A stretch of DNA of 32,000 bases from Phycisphaera mikurensis NBRC 102666 (GTDB lineage: Bacteria > Planctomycetota > Phycisphaerae > Phycisphaerales > Phycisphaeraceae): assembly GCF_000284115.1 (NCBI RefSeq), contig NC_017080.1:1830001-1862000 (forward strand), in the 5' to 3' direction. A model generated the notes under the pieces. That model was not told the DNA's origin and did not search any database. It was given only the letters and a program-made list of their open reading frames with translations. Of the stretch, positions 24,104-32,000 are shown one piece after another. The position numbers and the translations under genes are program-made. The stretch's first letter is position 1. Every line of letters starts with the position of its first letter.

Positions 24104-24297
24104 GACGTGCTTCCTTCGAAGGGGAGAGGGTGCGGGGCCCCGGTGGCCCCGCCGCACCGTACCGCGTGCGGCAACGATCTCGAGCGAAGAACCGGGATCC
24201 GGGCTGCCGGCCATCCTCGCGTCGGCGTCTCGCCCGCCGAGGGATCCGGGAGGTCCGGCGGGTCCGGCGGGTCCGGGACGCTGCTCTAGCCTCGGGC

Positions 24298-25020
24298 ATG
24301 AGCCGACCCGCCGATCGCCTCCGACCCTTCTCCCTCGAGCGCGTGCCGTCGATGGCGGCGGGCGCGGCTCTGGCGGTGGCGGGTTCCACCCGCGTGATCT
24401 GCACGGCGAGCGTGGCGAGCGAGCCGCCGCGGTGGATCCGACGCGGCGCGGACGGGCAGCCGGAGCACGGCTGGGTGACGGCGGAGTACGCGATGATGCC
24501 CGGCTCGACGCCGGAGCGGCAGCGGCGCGGTGGCGGGTCGCGCGCGATCGAGATCCAGCGGCTGATCGCCCGGAGCCTCCGGGCGGCGGTGGACCTGGAT
24601 CAGATGCCTGGGCTGGCGATCACGTGCGACTGCGACGTGCTGGTCGCGGACGGCGGGACACGCACGGCGGCCGTCACCGGCGCCTGCGTGGCGCTGCGTC
24701 GCGCGGTGCGGGCGGCCCTGGAGGCGGGCACCCTCGGGCGGGATCCGTGGCTCGGCAACGTCGCCGCGGTGAGCGTCGGCATGGTGGGAGGCGTGCCGAC
24801 GCTCGACCTCGACTACCCGCTGGACTCCTCCGCGGAAGTCGACATGAACGTCGTGATGAACGATCGAGGCCGCTTCATCGAGGTGCAGGGCACCGGCGAG
24901 AAGGGCGACTTCAGCCGGAGCCAGCTCGACGCGATGCTCGGTCTGGCGGAGGCGGGCATCCGCGAGCTGCACCGCGTGCAGGCGGCGGCGCTGGCGGAGG
25001 ATGATCGCGGCGCGGCCTGA
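24298..25020 (+). CDS. rph: Ribonuclease PH
   Basis: This is the inner part of ORF 24130..25020(+), from ATG 24298: ...GSTRVICTASV...HGWVTAEYAMMPGSTPER...IEIQRLIARSLRAAVDL...ITCDCDVLVADGGTRTAAVTGA...VAAVSVGMV...LDLDY..DSSAEVDMNVVM...FIEVQGTGE. Confidence 0.9.
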   Translation: MSRPADRLRPFSLERVPSMAAGAALAVAGSTRVICTASVASEPPRWIRRGADGQPEHGWVTAEYAMMPGSTPERQRRGGGSRAIEIQRLIARSLRAAVDLDQMPGLAITCDCDVLVADGGTRTAAVTGACVALRRAVRAALEAGTLGRDPWLGNVAAVSVGMVGGVPTLDLDYPLDSSAEVDMNVVMNDRGRFIEVQGTGEKGDFSRSQLDAMLGLAEAGIRELHRVQAAALAEDDRGAA

Positions 25021-25057
25021 TCAGCGCCGGGCGTGCGCCGCGGCGTCGCGGCGCGAA

Positions 25058-25089
25058 GGGGCCGCCGCGCGTTCCCGCGCGGCGGCCCC
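25058..25089. terminator. Perfect 14-bp GC hairpin between convergent rph and hsp20
   Basis: GGGGCCGCCGCGCG-ttcc-CGCGCGGCGGCCCC. No clear U-tract follows on either strand. Confidence 0.45.
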
Positions 25090-25097
25090 GGGGTCGT

Positions 25098-25571
25098 TTA
25101 CTTCACCTCGATCTTGCGGGGCTTCACGTCCTCCCGCTTGGGCAGGCGGAGCGTCAGCACGCCGCTGTCGAGGCTGGCGTCGACGCTGGTGGCGTCGTAG
25201 GCCTTGGGCAGCGAGAAGCGGCGGCTGACGTGCATCGTCCGCTCCTGGATGTGCTTGCGGGCCGGGCTCTTGGACGCCTGAGGCTCGCCGCCGTCGGCAT
25301 CCTGGCCGACCTGCTTCCGCTCGGTGCGATCGGCCTCGATCGTGAGCAGGCCGTTCTCGACGTTCACGTCGATCTGGTCCTTGCTGAAGCCGGGCAGCTC
25401 GGCCTCGACCACGAGGGTGTCGTCTTCCTCGCGGACGTCGACGGCGAAGCCGCCGGTGCCCACCGGCGTGCTGCCGCCGGAGCCGTCGAAGAAGGAGGCC
25501 CCGCCGTTGACGGCGCGGTCGAACTGCCGGAGCATGTCGAAGGGGTTGTTGAGGGTGGGGAGGGTGTTCAT
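25098..25571 (-). CDS. Small heat-shock protein, Hsp20/alpha-crystallin family (157 aa)
   Basis: This is the C-terminal part of ORF 25098..28301(-), from ATG 25571: MNTLPTLNNPFDMLRQF...FAVDVREEDDTLVVEAELPGFSKDQIDVNVENGLLTIEADR...RRFSLPKAYDATSVDASLDSGVLTLRLPK. AAAGGAG lies 7-8 nt upstream of the ATG. Confidence 0.93.
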   Translation of the reverse strand: MNTLPTLNNPFDMLRQFDRAVNGGASFFDGSGGSTPVGTGGFAVDVREEDDTLVVEAELPGFSKDQIDVNVENGLLTIEADRTERKQVGQDADGGEPQASKSPARKHIQERTMHVSRRFSLPKAYDATSVDASLDSGVLTLRLPKREDVKPRKIEVK

Positions 25572-25650
25572 CGCTGTTGTCTCCTTTGAAACAAAGGGGT
25601 GGGAAGAGAAGAAGCCGCTCGAGAGCATCCCGGCGGGTTGCCTCACCTTT

Positions 25651-25666
25651 TGCAAAGCACGTGCCA
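25651..25666 (-). promoter_or_regulatory. Sigma-54 (-24/-12) promoter for hsp20
   Basis: The minus strand reads TGGCACGTGCTTTGCA, which fits TGGCACG-N4-TTGCW at every specified position. It lies ~80 nt upstream of the hsp20 ATG, flanked by A/T runs in an otherwise very GC-rich sequence. Confidence 0.7.
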
Positions 25667-25787
25667 AAAAAGTGCGGCCGTCCAACACTCCCGTGGCCTC
25701 CCGGGTTGTCGATTCGGCAGCGTTCTGCCGTCGCGTTGCCGTTCTCGACAGCCGCACCGCTCCGGAAGCGGGTCGTAACGTCGCGTC

Positions 25788-26459
25788 GTGGCTCCACCCC
25801 GTCTCGAAGCACGCGCCGCCGGCCTCGCGTCGGGCCTGCTGCTCCTCGCCGCGATCCTCTCCGTGGGCTGCCAGGGCATCGCGAAACCCGCCGCGGGGGG
25901 AGCGGCGCCGGCGTCGAGCCCGCTCCCGGAGGCGACCTGGCCGGCACCGCCGCGGGTCGCGGAACGGGGCGCCGCTTCCGTGGTGATCGAGCATTCGTTC
26001 GCGGTCCCGCTCGTCGAGCTCCGCCGCTTCCTCCGCGGTGGCGAGCGGATCGCCGCGGCGGTGGAGGCGAGCGAGCGGATGCCGGCACGGACCGGGGCCG
26101 AGGCGGTCGCGGGGGTCTGGCCGGAGGCGGGCGCCGTGCGGCGGGTGACCTTCGCGGACGGCGGCCACGCGTGGGAGCGGGTGCTCCCGAGCGACTCGCC
26201 GCACCGGTTCCGCTGGCAGACGTGGGGCCACACCGGCCCGGCCGGCGTGCACGTCGCCTACGCGGTCGGGGAGCACGCCTGGTCGACGCCCGGCGAAGGC
26301 GTCTCCCGGCTCGTCTGGACGCACACGCTTCACCCCAACCACCCGCTCAAGCGGTTCCTCGTGCAACGCTTCGCCGACCGAGACCTGGCGCCGAGGCTGG
26401 AGGCGGCGCTGGAGCGGGTCGCGGCGGCGGCGGAAGAGGCGTCCGCCCGCGGATCGTGA
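25788..26459 (+). CDS. Putative lipoprotein, SRPBCC (START/polyketide-cyclase-like) fold suspected
   Basis: ORF 25788..26459(+) with a GTG start. Signal plus lipobox-like LLLLAAILSVGC. The body (VIEHSFAVPLVELRRFL...RFRWQTWGH...VWTHTL) resembles SRPBCC ligand-binding proteins. The family call is tentative. Confidence 0.6.
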   Translation: MAPPRLEARAAGLASGLLLLAAILSVGCQGIAKPAAGGAAPASSPLPEATWPAPPRVAERGAASVVIEHSFAVPLVELRRFLRGGERIAAAVEASERMPARTGAEAVAGVWPEAGAVRRVTFADGGHAWERVLPSDSPHRFRWQTWGHTGPAGVHVAYAVGEHAWSTPGEGVSRLVWTHTLHPNHPLKRFLVQRFADRDLAPRLEAALERVAAAAEEASARGS

Positions 26460-26612
26460 TCCGCTCGCCCCGCCGTCCTGCGCAGCGTGCCCGGCACACC
26501 CGATGTGCCGCGTCTCGGCGTCGGCGAGGCCGCACCGGGCACGCTCCGCCCGGCCGGGCGGTCGCGCATACTCCGCCGCCACGCCCGCCCTCGGTGCGTC
26601 GGCCTCCCGCTC

Positions 26613-28304
26613 ATGACGATCACGCTCGCCCGCTACATCCTCCGCGAGGTCCTCAAGGTCGGCACGCTGACCTGCGCGGTGCTCGTGGGGGTGATCAGCT
26701 TCGCGGCGGCGATCCGGCCGCTCAGCGACGGGCTGCTGCCGCCGTCGGCCCTGCTCCGCTTCGTCGGCTTCACGGCGCCCACGGTGCTCGGCTTCGCGTT
26801 GCCGTTCGCGGGTGCGTTCGCCTCGACGATCGTCTTCAGCCGGATGGCGCAGGACAACGAGGTGCTCGCCTGCTCCGCCGGGGGCATCAGCTACCGGCGG
26901 CTTCTGGCGCCGGTGCTCGCGCTGGGCCTGCTGCTGGCGGGGGTGCTGTACACGCTGTCGACGACGGTGGTGCCGAGCTTCTACCGGTCGGCCGAGGCGG
27001 TGGTGCGTTCGGACGTGGTCTCGATCCTCGCGGCGAAGCTGAACCAGCGGGAGCCCTACGAGATCCGGCCCGAGGGCGGCCGGTCGATGTACGCGCTCTT
27101 CGCGGACTCGGCCACGCTGTTCAAGCCCGAGGAAGTGGACGGGCTCGCCGCCGTTCCCGGCGGCGACCGCGTCCGGCAGGTGGTGCAGCTGCGTGGGGTC
27201 GCGCTCGGAGAGTTGGACCGCAAGACCCGCGTGCCCGGGCCGGCGAGCACGGCGGCACGGGCGACGGTCTACGTGTCGGACGTGCAGGGACGATCGGACA
27301 GCGCGCTGTCCGGCGTGCTGCGCGGGGTGGTGCGTTTCGATCCTTCGACGCAGGACTACCTCCGCGTGGAGCGGGTGCCGCTGGGGCCTTACCTGGTGCC
27401 CAGCCCGCTGTCCGACGACATCAAGTTCTTCTCCGGTGCCGAGCTGCGGCGCTTGCGGAGCGAGCCGGAGCGGTACGACGAGGTCGCCAAGGCGATGGAT
27501 CGGCTGAGCTCGGCACTGGCCACGGAGCGGCTGCGGCTGGTGATCTCCGCGAGCGGGTCGACGGTGACGCTCAACGGGCCCATCGGCGACGAGCGCTTCG
27601 TGCTCGAGGCCGCGGGGATCGTCCCCGACGGGAGCGGGCTGCGGGCGCTGGGCGTCGGCGGCGGGCCGGTGGTGGTGCGGCGCTTCGCGGAGGCGGCCGG
27701 CGGCGGGCGGCGGGCGGAACGCGTCTTCCAGGCGGACGAGGCGCGGCTGAGCATCGACTCCTCGCGGGGCCGGGTGCTGCCGACGATCCGGCTGGACCTG
27801 GTCGGCGTGACGGTGCAGCCCGGCGACACGCGGCAAGCGGAGCTCGCCCTGCCGGACCTCGTCTGGCCGGAGCCGATCTTCGAGACCGAGCGCCAGGAGC
27901 TGAGCTTCGAGGGTCTGCTGGAGCTCTCCACCTCGCCGACCTACGCCGACTCCGAGGGCGTGCTCGCGGCCCGGCGGAAGCTCTCCGGCGAGCTCTTCCG
28001 GCTCGACCGACGGATCAGCTTCCAGAGCCACCGCCGGGCCGCCTCGGCGGCCGCTTGCACGCTGCTGCTCCTGCTCGGGGCGTTGCTGTCGATCCAGCTC
28101 CGGCACCAGATGCCGCTGGTGGTCTTCTTCTGGAGCTTCCTGCTGGCGATCACCACCATCATCCTGATCAACGCCGGAGAGAACGTGGCCACCGGCGAGG
28201 CCGGCGGCTGGGGCGGCGTCCTCGGCCTCGCCGTCACCTGGACCGGCGTGGCGGTTCTGGTGGGGGTCTGCTTGTGGAGCTACCGCCGCGTCCGGCGACA
28301 CTGA
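26613..28304 (+). CDS. LptF/LptG (YjgP/YjgQ) family permease, 563 aa with enlarged periplasmic domain
   Basis: This is the inner part of ORF 26487..28304(+), from ATG 26613: MTITLARYILREVLKVGTLTCAVLVGVISF (the family-typical N-terminus). It has 3 TMs, a large soluble domain, then 3 C-terminal TMs. Confidence 0.85.
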   Translation: MTITLARYILREVLKVGTLTCAVLVGVISFAAAIRPLSDGLLPPSALLRFVGFTAPTVLGFALPFAGAFASTIVFSRMAQDNEVLACSAGGISYRRLLAPVLALGLLLAGVLYTLSTTVVPSFYRSAEAVVRSDVVSILAAKLNQREPYEIRPEGGRSMYALFADSATLFKPEEVDGLAAVPGGDRVRQVVQLRGVALGELDRKTRVPGPASTAARATVYVSDVQGRSDSALSGVLRGVVRFDPSTQDYLRVERVPLGPYLVPSPLSDDIKFFSGAELRRLRSEPERYDEVAKAMDRLSSALATERLRLVISASGSTVTLNGPIGDERFVLEAAGIVPDGSGLRALGVGGGPVVVRRFAEAAGGGRRAERVFQADEARLSIDSSRGRVLPTIRLDLVGVTVQPGDTRQAELALPDLVWPEPIFETERQELSFEGLLELSTSPTYADSEGVLAARRKLSGELFRLDRRISFQSHRRAASAAACTLLLLLGALLSIQLRHQMPLVVFFWSFLLAITTIILINAGENVATGEAGGWGGVLGLAVTWTGVAVLVGVCLWSYRRVRRH

Positions 28305-28456
28305 GGCGCGGCCACGCCGCAGGCCGGAACCTCAAGCGCCGCTCCAACCTTTTCCCCCCGGTCCGCCTCCGCACCGGCCCGGTCCGCCCGGCGGGCCCTC
28401 GCTCCGCACGGATCTCCTCCTCGCTCGCTGCTCGCTAGAACGGAAGCGCCAACCTC

Positions 28457-29647
28457 ATGCGCACCCTCGACGCCTACCTCGTCCGCCTCTTCCTGCTGAA
28501 CTTCGTCGTGCTGCTCGCGGTGCTGATGACGCTCTTCGTGCTGGTGGACTTCATCGTCGACATCGACGAGTTCCTGCAGGCGGGCGTGGCGTGGGCGGCG
28601 GAGGGGCGGTTCGGCGGCAGCCGGCTCTTCGCGACGGTGGGCGCGGTGCTGAGCTACTACGGGCCGCAGGTCTTGCTGATCTACGTGTTCCTCTCGGGGC
28701 CGATCGTGGTGGGGGCGATGGGTTTCACCTTCACGCAGCTGACTCGGCAGCGCGAGCTGCTCGCGATGCTCGCCGGCGGGATCTCGCTGCACCGCGTCGG
28801 CCTGCCGGTGATCGCCGCCGGTGCGGTGCTCGCCGCGGCGACGCTGCCGATGCAGGAGTTCGTGCTCCCGCGGCTCGCCGGCGAGTTGCTGCGGACCAAG
28901 GCGCAGCTGAAGAACAGCGAGGAGCGGGCCAACCCGGTGGTCTTCGTGCCCGATGGCAGCGGGAATCTCTGGAGCGCGGCGGACTTCGCCGCCGCGGCGA
29001 AGCCGCCGCGGCTGACCAAGCTGCGGGTGCTGCAGCGGGACGGGAGCGGCGGGCTCGAGCGCCTGGTGCTGGCGGAGGAGGCCCTGTGGGCGGAGGACGC
29101 GCGGGCGGTGGCGATGAACGCGCCGATCACCGGCCGGTGGGAGCTGATCCAGGGCGACGGCTTGCGGCCGCCGGCGGTGCCGGCCTCGGGCGTGGCGGGC
29201 GGTGGCGGCGGGGAGCGGGAGCTCCAGAAGCTCGAGCCGGTGCCCTACCTCCAGAGCCAGCTCTCGCCGGAGGTGCTCGTCGCCAACCAGGCGGCGCTGC
29301 TGCCCTCGGTGCTGTCGCTTCGTCGGCTGCAGGCGCTCGCGAGCAACGAGGCGCTCGCTCCGCGGCAGCGGGCGACATTCACGCGGACGGTCTGGGGCCG
29401 CTTCAGCCTGCTGATCCTCAACGTCCTGCTGCTGGTGATCGCGTTGCCCTTCTTCCTCCGGCGGGTGCCCGGCGACGCGATGAAGCTCTCGGTGCAGGCC
29501 TGCGGCGTGGTGCTGGGGGCGTGGGCGGGCGGCATCCTCATGCTCCAGGCCTCGCCGGCGGCGTTGCCGCCGGTGGTCAGCGCGTGGATCCCGGTGGCGG
29601 CGTACCTGCCCGTGGCGGCGTTCGCGGCGACGCGGATCCGGACGTGA
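28457..29647 (+). CDS. LptF/LptG (YjgP/YjgQ) family permease, 396 aa
   Basis: MRTLDAYLVRLFLLNFVVLLAVLMTLFVLVDFI..., with LAMLAGGISLHRV and the same 3+3 TM architecture. It is adjacent to its paralogue, as lptF-lptG pairs usually are. Confidence 0.85.
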   Translation: MRTLDAYLVRLFLLNFVVLLAVLMTLFVLVDFIVDIDEFLQAGVAWAAEGRFGGSRLFATVGAVLSYYGPQVLLIYVFLSGPIVVGAMGFTFTQLTRQRELLAMLAGGISLHRVGLPVIAAGAVLAAATLPMQEFVLPRLAGELLRTKAQLKNSEERANPVVFVPDGSGNLWSAADFAAAAKPPRLTKLRVLQRDGSGGLERLVLAEEALWAEDARAVAMNAPITGRWELIQGDGLRPPAVPASGVAGGGGGERELQKLEPVPYLQSQLSPEVLVANQAALLPSVLSLRRLQALASNEALAPRQRATFTRTVWGRFSLLILNVLLLVIALPFFLRRVPGDAMKLSVQACGVVLGAWAGGILMLQASPAALPPVVSAWIPVAAYLPVAAFAATRIRT

Positions 29648-29773
29648 ACGCGGCGGAAGACCCCGGGGGTGGCTCCGCCGGCCGGGCGGGCTGCGCCGGG
29701 CGAGCGATCGTCCTCCCGCTTGCGCCCGGAGGCGACCGGACCGCGCCGCCTCGCTCCTCTTTACGCTCCGCCC

Positions 29774-30592
29774 ATGCCCTCCCGCGTCAAGGACTCCTTC
29801 GCCGCCCTCCGCTCCTCCGGTCGCCGCGGCTTGATGCCCTTCGTGACGGCGGGGGATCCGTCGCTGGACGACCTGCCCGACCTGCTGGCGGCGCTGGAAG
29901 CCGGGGGCGCGACGGCGGTGGAGGTGGGGATCCCCTTCAGCGACCCGGTGGCGGACGGCCCGGTCATCGCGGAGTCGATGCAGCACGCGCTGCGGGGGGG
30001 CGTGACCGTGGCGGCTGTTTTCGCGGCCGTCCGGGAGGCGCGGCGGCGGGTGTCGATCCCGCTGGTGGCGATGCTGAGCTACTCGATCGTCTACCGGCTG
30101 GGCCTGGACCGCTTCTGCGAGGAAGCCGCGGCTGCGGGCTTCGACGGGCTCATCATCCCGGACCTCGCCGTCGAAGAATCGGCGGAATCGGCGGCGGCCG
30201 CGGCGCGGGCGGGGCTGACGCTGAGCCTCCTGGTGGCCCCGTCGACGCCGCCAAAGCGGGCGGCGCGGCTGGCAGAGGCGAGCACGGGCTTCGTGTACGT
30301 CGTCAGCCGCGCGGGCATCACCGGGGCCGACAAGGACGTGCCGGAGGGGCTGGCGGAGCGGGTGGCGGGCTTGCGGGCCGCGACGGACCTCCCGCTGGCC
30401 GTGGGCTTCGGCATCGCCTCGGCGGCGCAGGTCCGCCAGGTGGTGGGCGCAGCGGACGCGGCCATCGTCGGCTCGGCGCTGGTCCGCCGGCTCGCGGGCT
30501 TCCGGGGCGACGGGCACGCCGCGGCGGCCGACGCGGCGCGGGCGTTCGTCGCCGAGCTCGCGGCGGGCCTGCCGGCTCCGGCGGCGGCATGA
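29774..30592 (+). CDS. trpA: Tryptophan synthase alpha chain
   Basis: This is the inner part of ORF 29669..30592(+), from ATG 29774: ...GLMPFVTAGDPSLD...VEVGIPFSDPVADGPVI...GFDGLIIPDL...GFVYVVSRAGITG...PLAVGFGI. Confidence 0.92.
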   Translation: MPSRVKDSFAALRSSGRRGLMPFVTAGDPSLDDLPDLLAALEAGGATAVEVGIPFSDPVADGPVIAESMQHALRGGVTVAAVFAAVREARRRVSIPLVAMLSYSIVYRLGLDRFCEEAAAAGFDGLIIPDLAVEESAESAAAAARAGLTLSLLVAPSTPPKRAARLAEASTGFVYVVSRAGITGADKDVPEGLAERVAGLRAATDLPLAVGFGIASAAQVRQVVGAADAAIVGSALVRRLAGFRGDGHAAAADAARAFVAELAAGLPAPAAA

Positions 30593-30662
30593 GCCCGGTT
30601 CAGCGGCAGGGCCGCGGCGCCCGTTCGAGACGGCTCCCCGCCCGGGTCGATAGAACAGGCCG

Positions 30663-32000
30663 ATGCATGCAAGCCCCGCGCCCTTTCCGAGCCGCTCCGC
30701 CCTTGCCCCGCTCCGCCCCGCCCGGGAGACGCGGGTCGTGGCGGCCACGCGCTCGCGGTTGAGCGCCCGACGCGGGGGCCGTCTGCGGGCGGGCTTGGCC
30801 ACGCTGATCCCGCTCGCTCTCTTTGCGGGCGCGGCCCGGGCGGCGGAGGCCGGGGGCGACGAGATGCTCTCCGCGGCGTTCACGCGGGAGGCGCTGGCGC
30901 TGCTCGCCGAAGGCGGCCCCGAGGCGGCGGCCCAAGGTTCCGAGGCCGCACCCCTCGAGGCCGCGGCGGTGCTGCTGGACCTCTCCGCGGGGCTGACGCC
31001 GGAAGCCTCGGAGATGCAGTGGCTGCGGGCGGACCTCGCCGAGCGTCGCGGCGACGTGGGCACCCTCCGAGACGCGCTGGGTGCCTACCTGCGGGAGCGG
31101 CCCGAGGACGACGCCGCGCTGCTGAAGGCGGCCCTGGTGCGGGTGACCGAGGCCCAGACGCTCGACGGCCGGCTCACGCGGATGAAGGAGATCCTCGCCT
31201 CCTCCGCGCGCGGCGGCGAGGCGACGGCCGCGATGCGGTCGCGTCTGTCGCTGCTGGCCAGCGAAGCGGCGGCGGAGCTCGGCAACGCGTCGGAGCGGAT
31301 CTCGCTGCTCGGCCAGGCCGCCGCGCTGGACCCGGCCAACGCCGCCGCCGCCGCCGGCGTTTTCGATCTGCTCGCGGCCCGCGACGCCGGAGCGAAGCGG
31401 CTGGGCGCCGCGGCGGCCAACTGGGTCTTCGCGGCGCCGGTGGACGCGGTGCCCCGCCTGGCGCTCGCGCGGGTGCTGGCCGGCGAGGGAGCGCACGCCG
31501 TGGCCGCCGATCAGTACGAGCGGGCCTCGGTCTTCAGCGGCGCGACGCTGCTGCCGCTCCCGGACCTGCGGCGCTACGCGACGGCTCTTCTGGCGACCGG
31601 GCGGGAGCGCGAGGCCCGCGAGATGCTCTCCGCCGCGGAAGCGCGTCTCGCCGCCGGCGAGCCCGGGACCGACGCGGGCGAGCGGCGGCTCATCGACCTG
31701 TTCCTGGTGGTCCTCGCCGAGCCGGGCGCCGAGGCGGCCGCCCTGGAACGGCTCCACGAGCGGGCCGGGGCGCTCGTCGACCGTGGCGGGCCGGAGGAGC
31801 GGGAGGAGGCCCGGTTGGACCGCGCCTGGATCGACGCCGTGCTCGCGGTGCGGCCGGTGGAGGAGGCCGAGGCGGCGCTGGAGCTCGCCGGCGGCCGCTA
31901 CGCCGACGCCGACCCGCGGCGGGAGGTCGCCGCGGGTTGGATCGCGCTGCGGCGCGGGGACCCGGCGGCGGCCCGAGCGGCTTTCTCCAGCGTCCCGGAG
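30663..32000 (+). CDS. Hypothetical exported Ala/Leu/Arg-rich helical-repeat (TPR-like) protein, partial; continues past the right edge
   Basis: Not in the ORF track because there is no stop in the window. My translation from ATG 30663 gives MHASPAPFPSRS...RRGGRLRAGLATLIPLALFAGAARAAEA (signal-like) followed by repeated helical segments (LRADLAERRGDVGTLRDALGAYLRERPEDDAALLKAALV...). The minus ORF 30600..31757 looks like its antisense shadow. The start codon is uncertain. Confidence 0.55.
   Translation, partial: MHASPAPFPSRSALAPLRPARETRVVAATRSRLSARRGGRLRAGLATLIPLALFAGAARAAEAGGDEMLSAAFTREALALLAEGGPEAAAQGSEAAPLEAAAVLLDLSAGLTPEASEMQWLRADLAERRGDVGTLRDALGAYLRERPEDDAALLKAALVRVTEAQTLDGRLTRMKEILASSARGGEATAAMRSRLSLLASEAAAELGNASERISLLGQAAALDPANAAAAAGVFDLLAARDAGAKRLGAAAANWVFAAPVDAVPRLALARVLAGEGAHAVAADQYERASVFSGATLLPLPDLRRYATALLATGREREAREMLSAAEARLAAGEPGTDAGERRLIDLFLVVLAEPGAEAAALERLHERAGALVDRGGPEEREEARLDRAWIDAVLAVRPVEEAEAALELAGGRYADADPRREVAAGWIALRRGDPAAARAAFSSVPE

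Noticed and set aside
24251-24277. Tandem GTCCGGCGG x2.5 in the rph/DUF4332 divergent spacer, plus hairpin GGTGCGGGGCC...GGCCCCGCcGCACC (24129-24157)
   Set aside because: These are low-complexity GC repeats and a hairpin in a promoter region. No recognisable operator or promoter consensus could be tied to them.
1-32000. Search for tRNA, rRNA, tmRNA-like T-arm motifs (GGTTCGAATCC-type), transposase/integrase genes or prophage content
   Set aside because: None was recognised by eye in any spacer. GC content and codon style look uniform across the genes, so there is no evidence for a horizontally acquired island.

Overview
Very GC-rich bacterial chromosomal window (roughly 70-75% GC by eye). 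Long spurious ORFs occur in nearly every frame, so calls rest on recognisable protein families, GC3 pattern and start context, not ORF length. Gene style (1387-aa SecA, LptF/G-type permeases, several SPFH proteins, weak Shine-Dalgarno use) is compatible with a Planctomycetota-like organism, but that is inference only.

I support 22 CDS:
- Minus strand: a partial ZnuA/TroA-type metal-binding protein plus a COG0523 GTPase.
- Plus strand: a co-directional block of three SPFH/band-7 proteins, an ABC ATPase, an ABC-2-type permease and a 723-aa unknown protein.
- A carboxyltransferase lacking a biotin domain, and an EEP-fold nuclease/phosphatase.
- trpG-trmL (minus strand, overlapping).
- A possible small exported-protein ORF followed by secA.
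- A DUF4332 protein, RNase PH, Hsp20 and an SRPBCC-like lipoprotein.
- Two LptF/LptG-family permeases, trpA, and a partial helical-repeat protein.

No rRNA, tRNA, CRISPR array, transposase or integrase was recognised.

The most unusual content is non-coding:
1. A composite ~193-nt structured repeat (a 25-bp-stem hairpin module plus a ~102-nt module) is arrayed on both flanks of the EEP nuclease gene. One copy lacks exactly the hairpin module.
2. A 46-nt element, CCGCGGACCG-N26-CGGTCCGCGG, is present at least four times with invariant spacing and unrelated loops, mostly just after stop codons.
3. Three long GA-rich/TC-rich inverted-repeat spacers lie between cistrons of the SPFH-ABC block.
4. 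A perfect sigma-54 promoter lies upstream of hsp20.

Functional interpretations of all of these are hypotheses.
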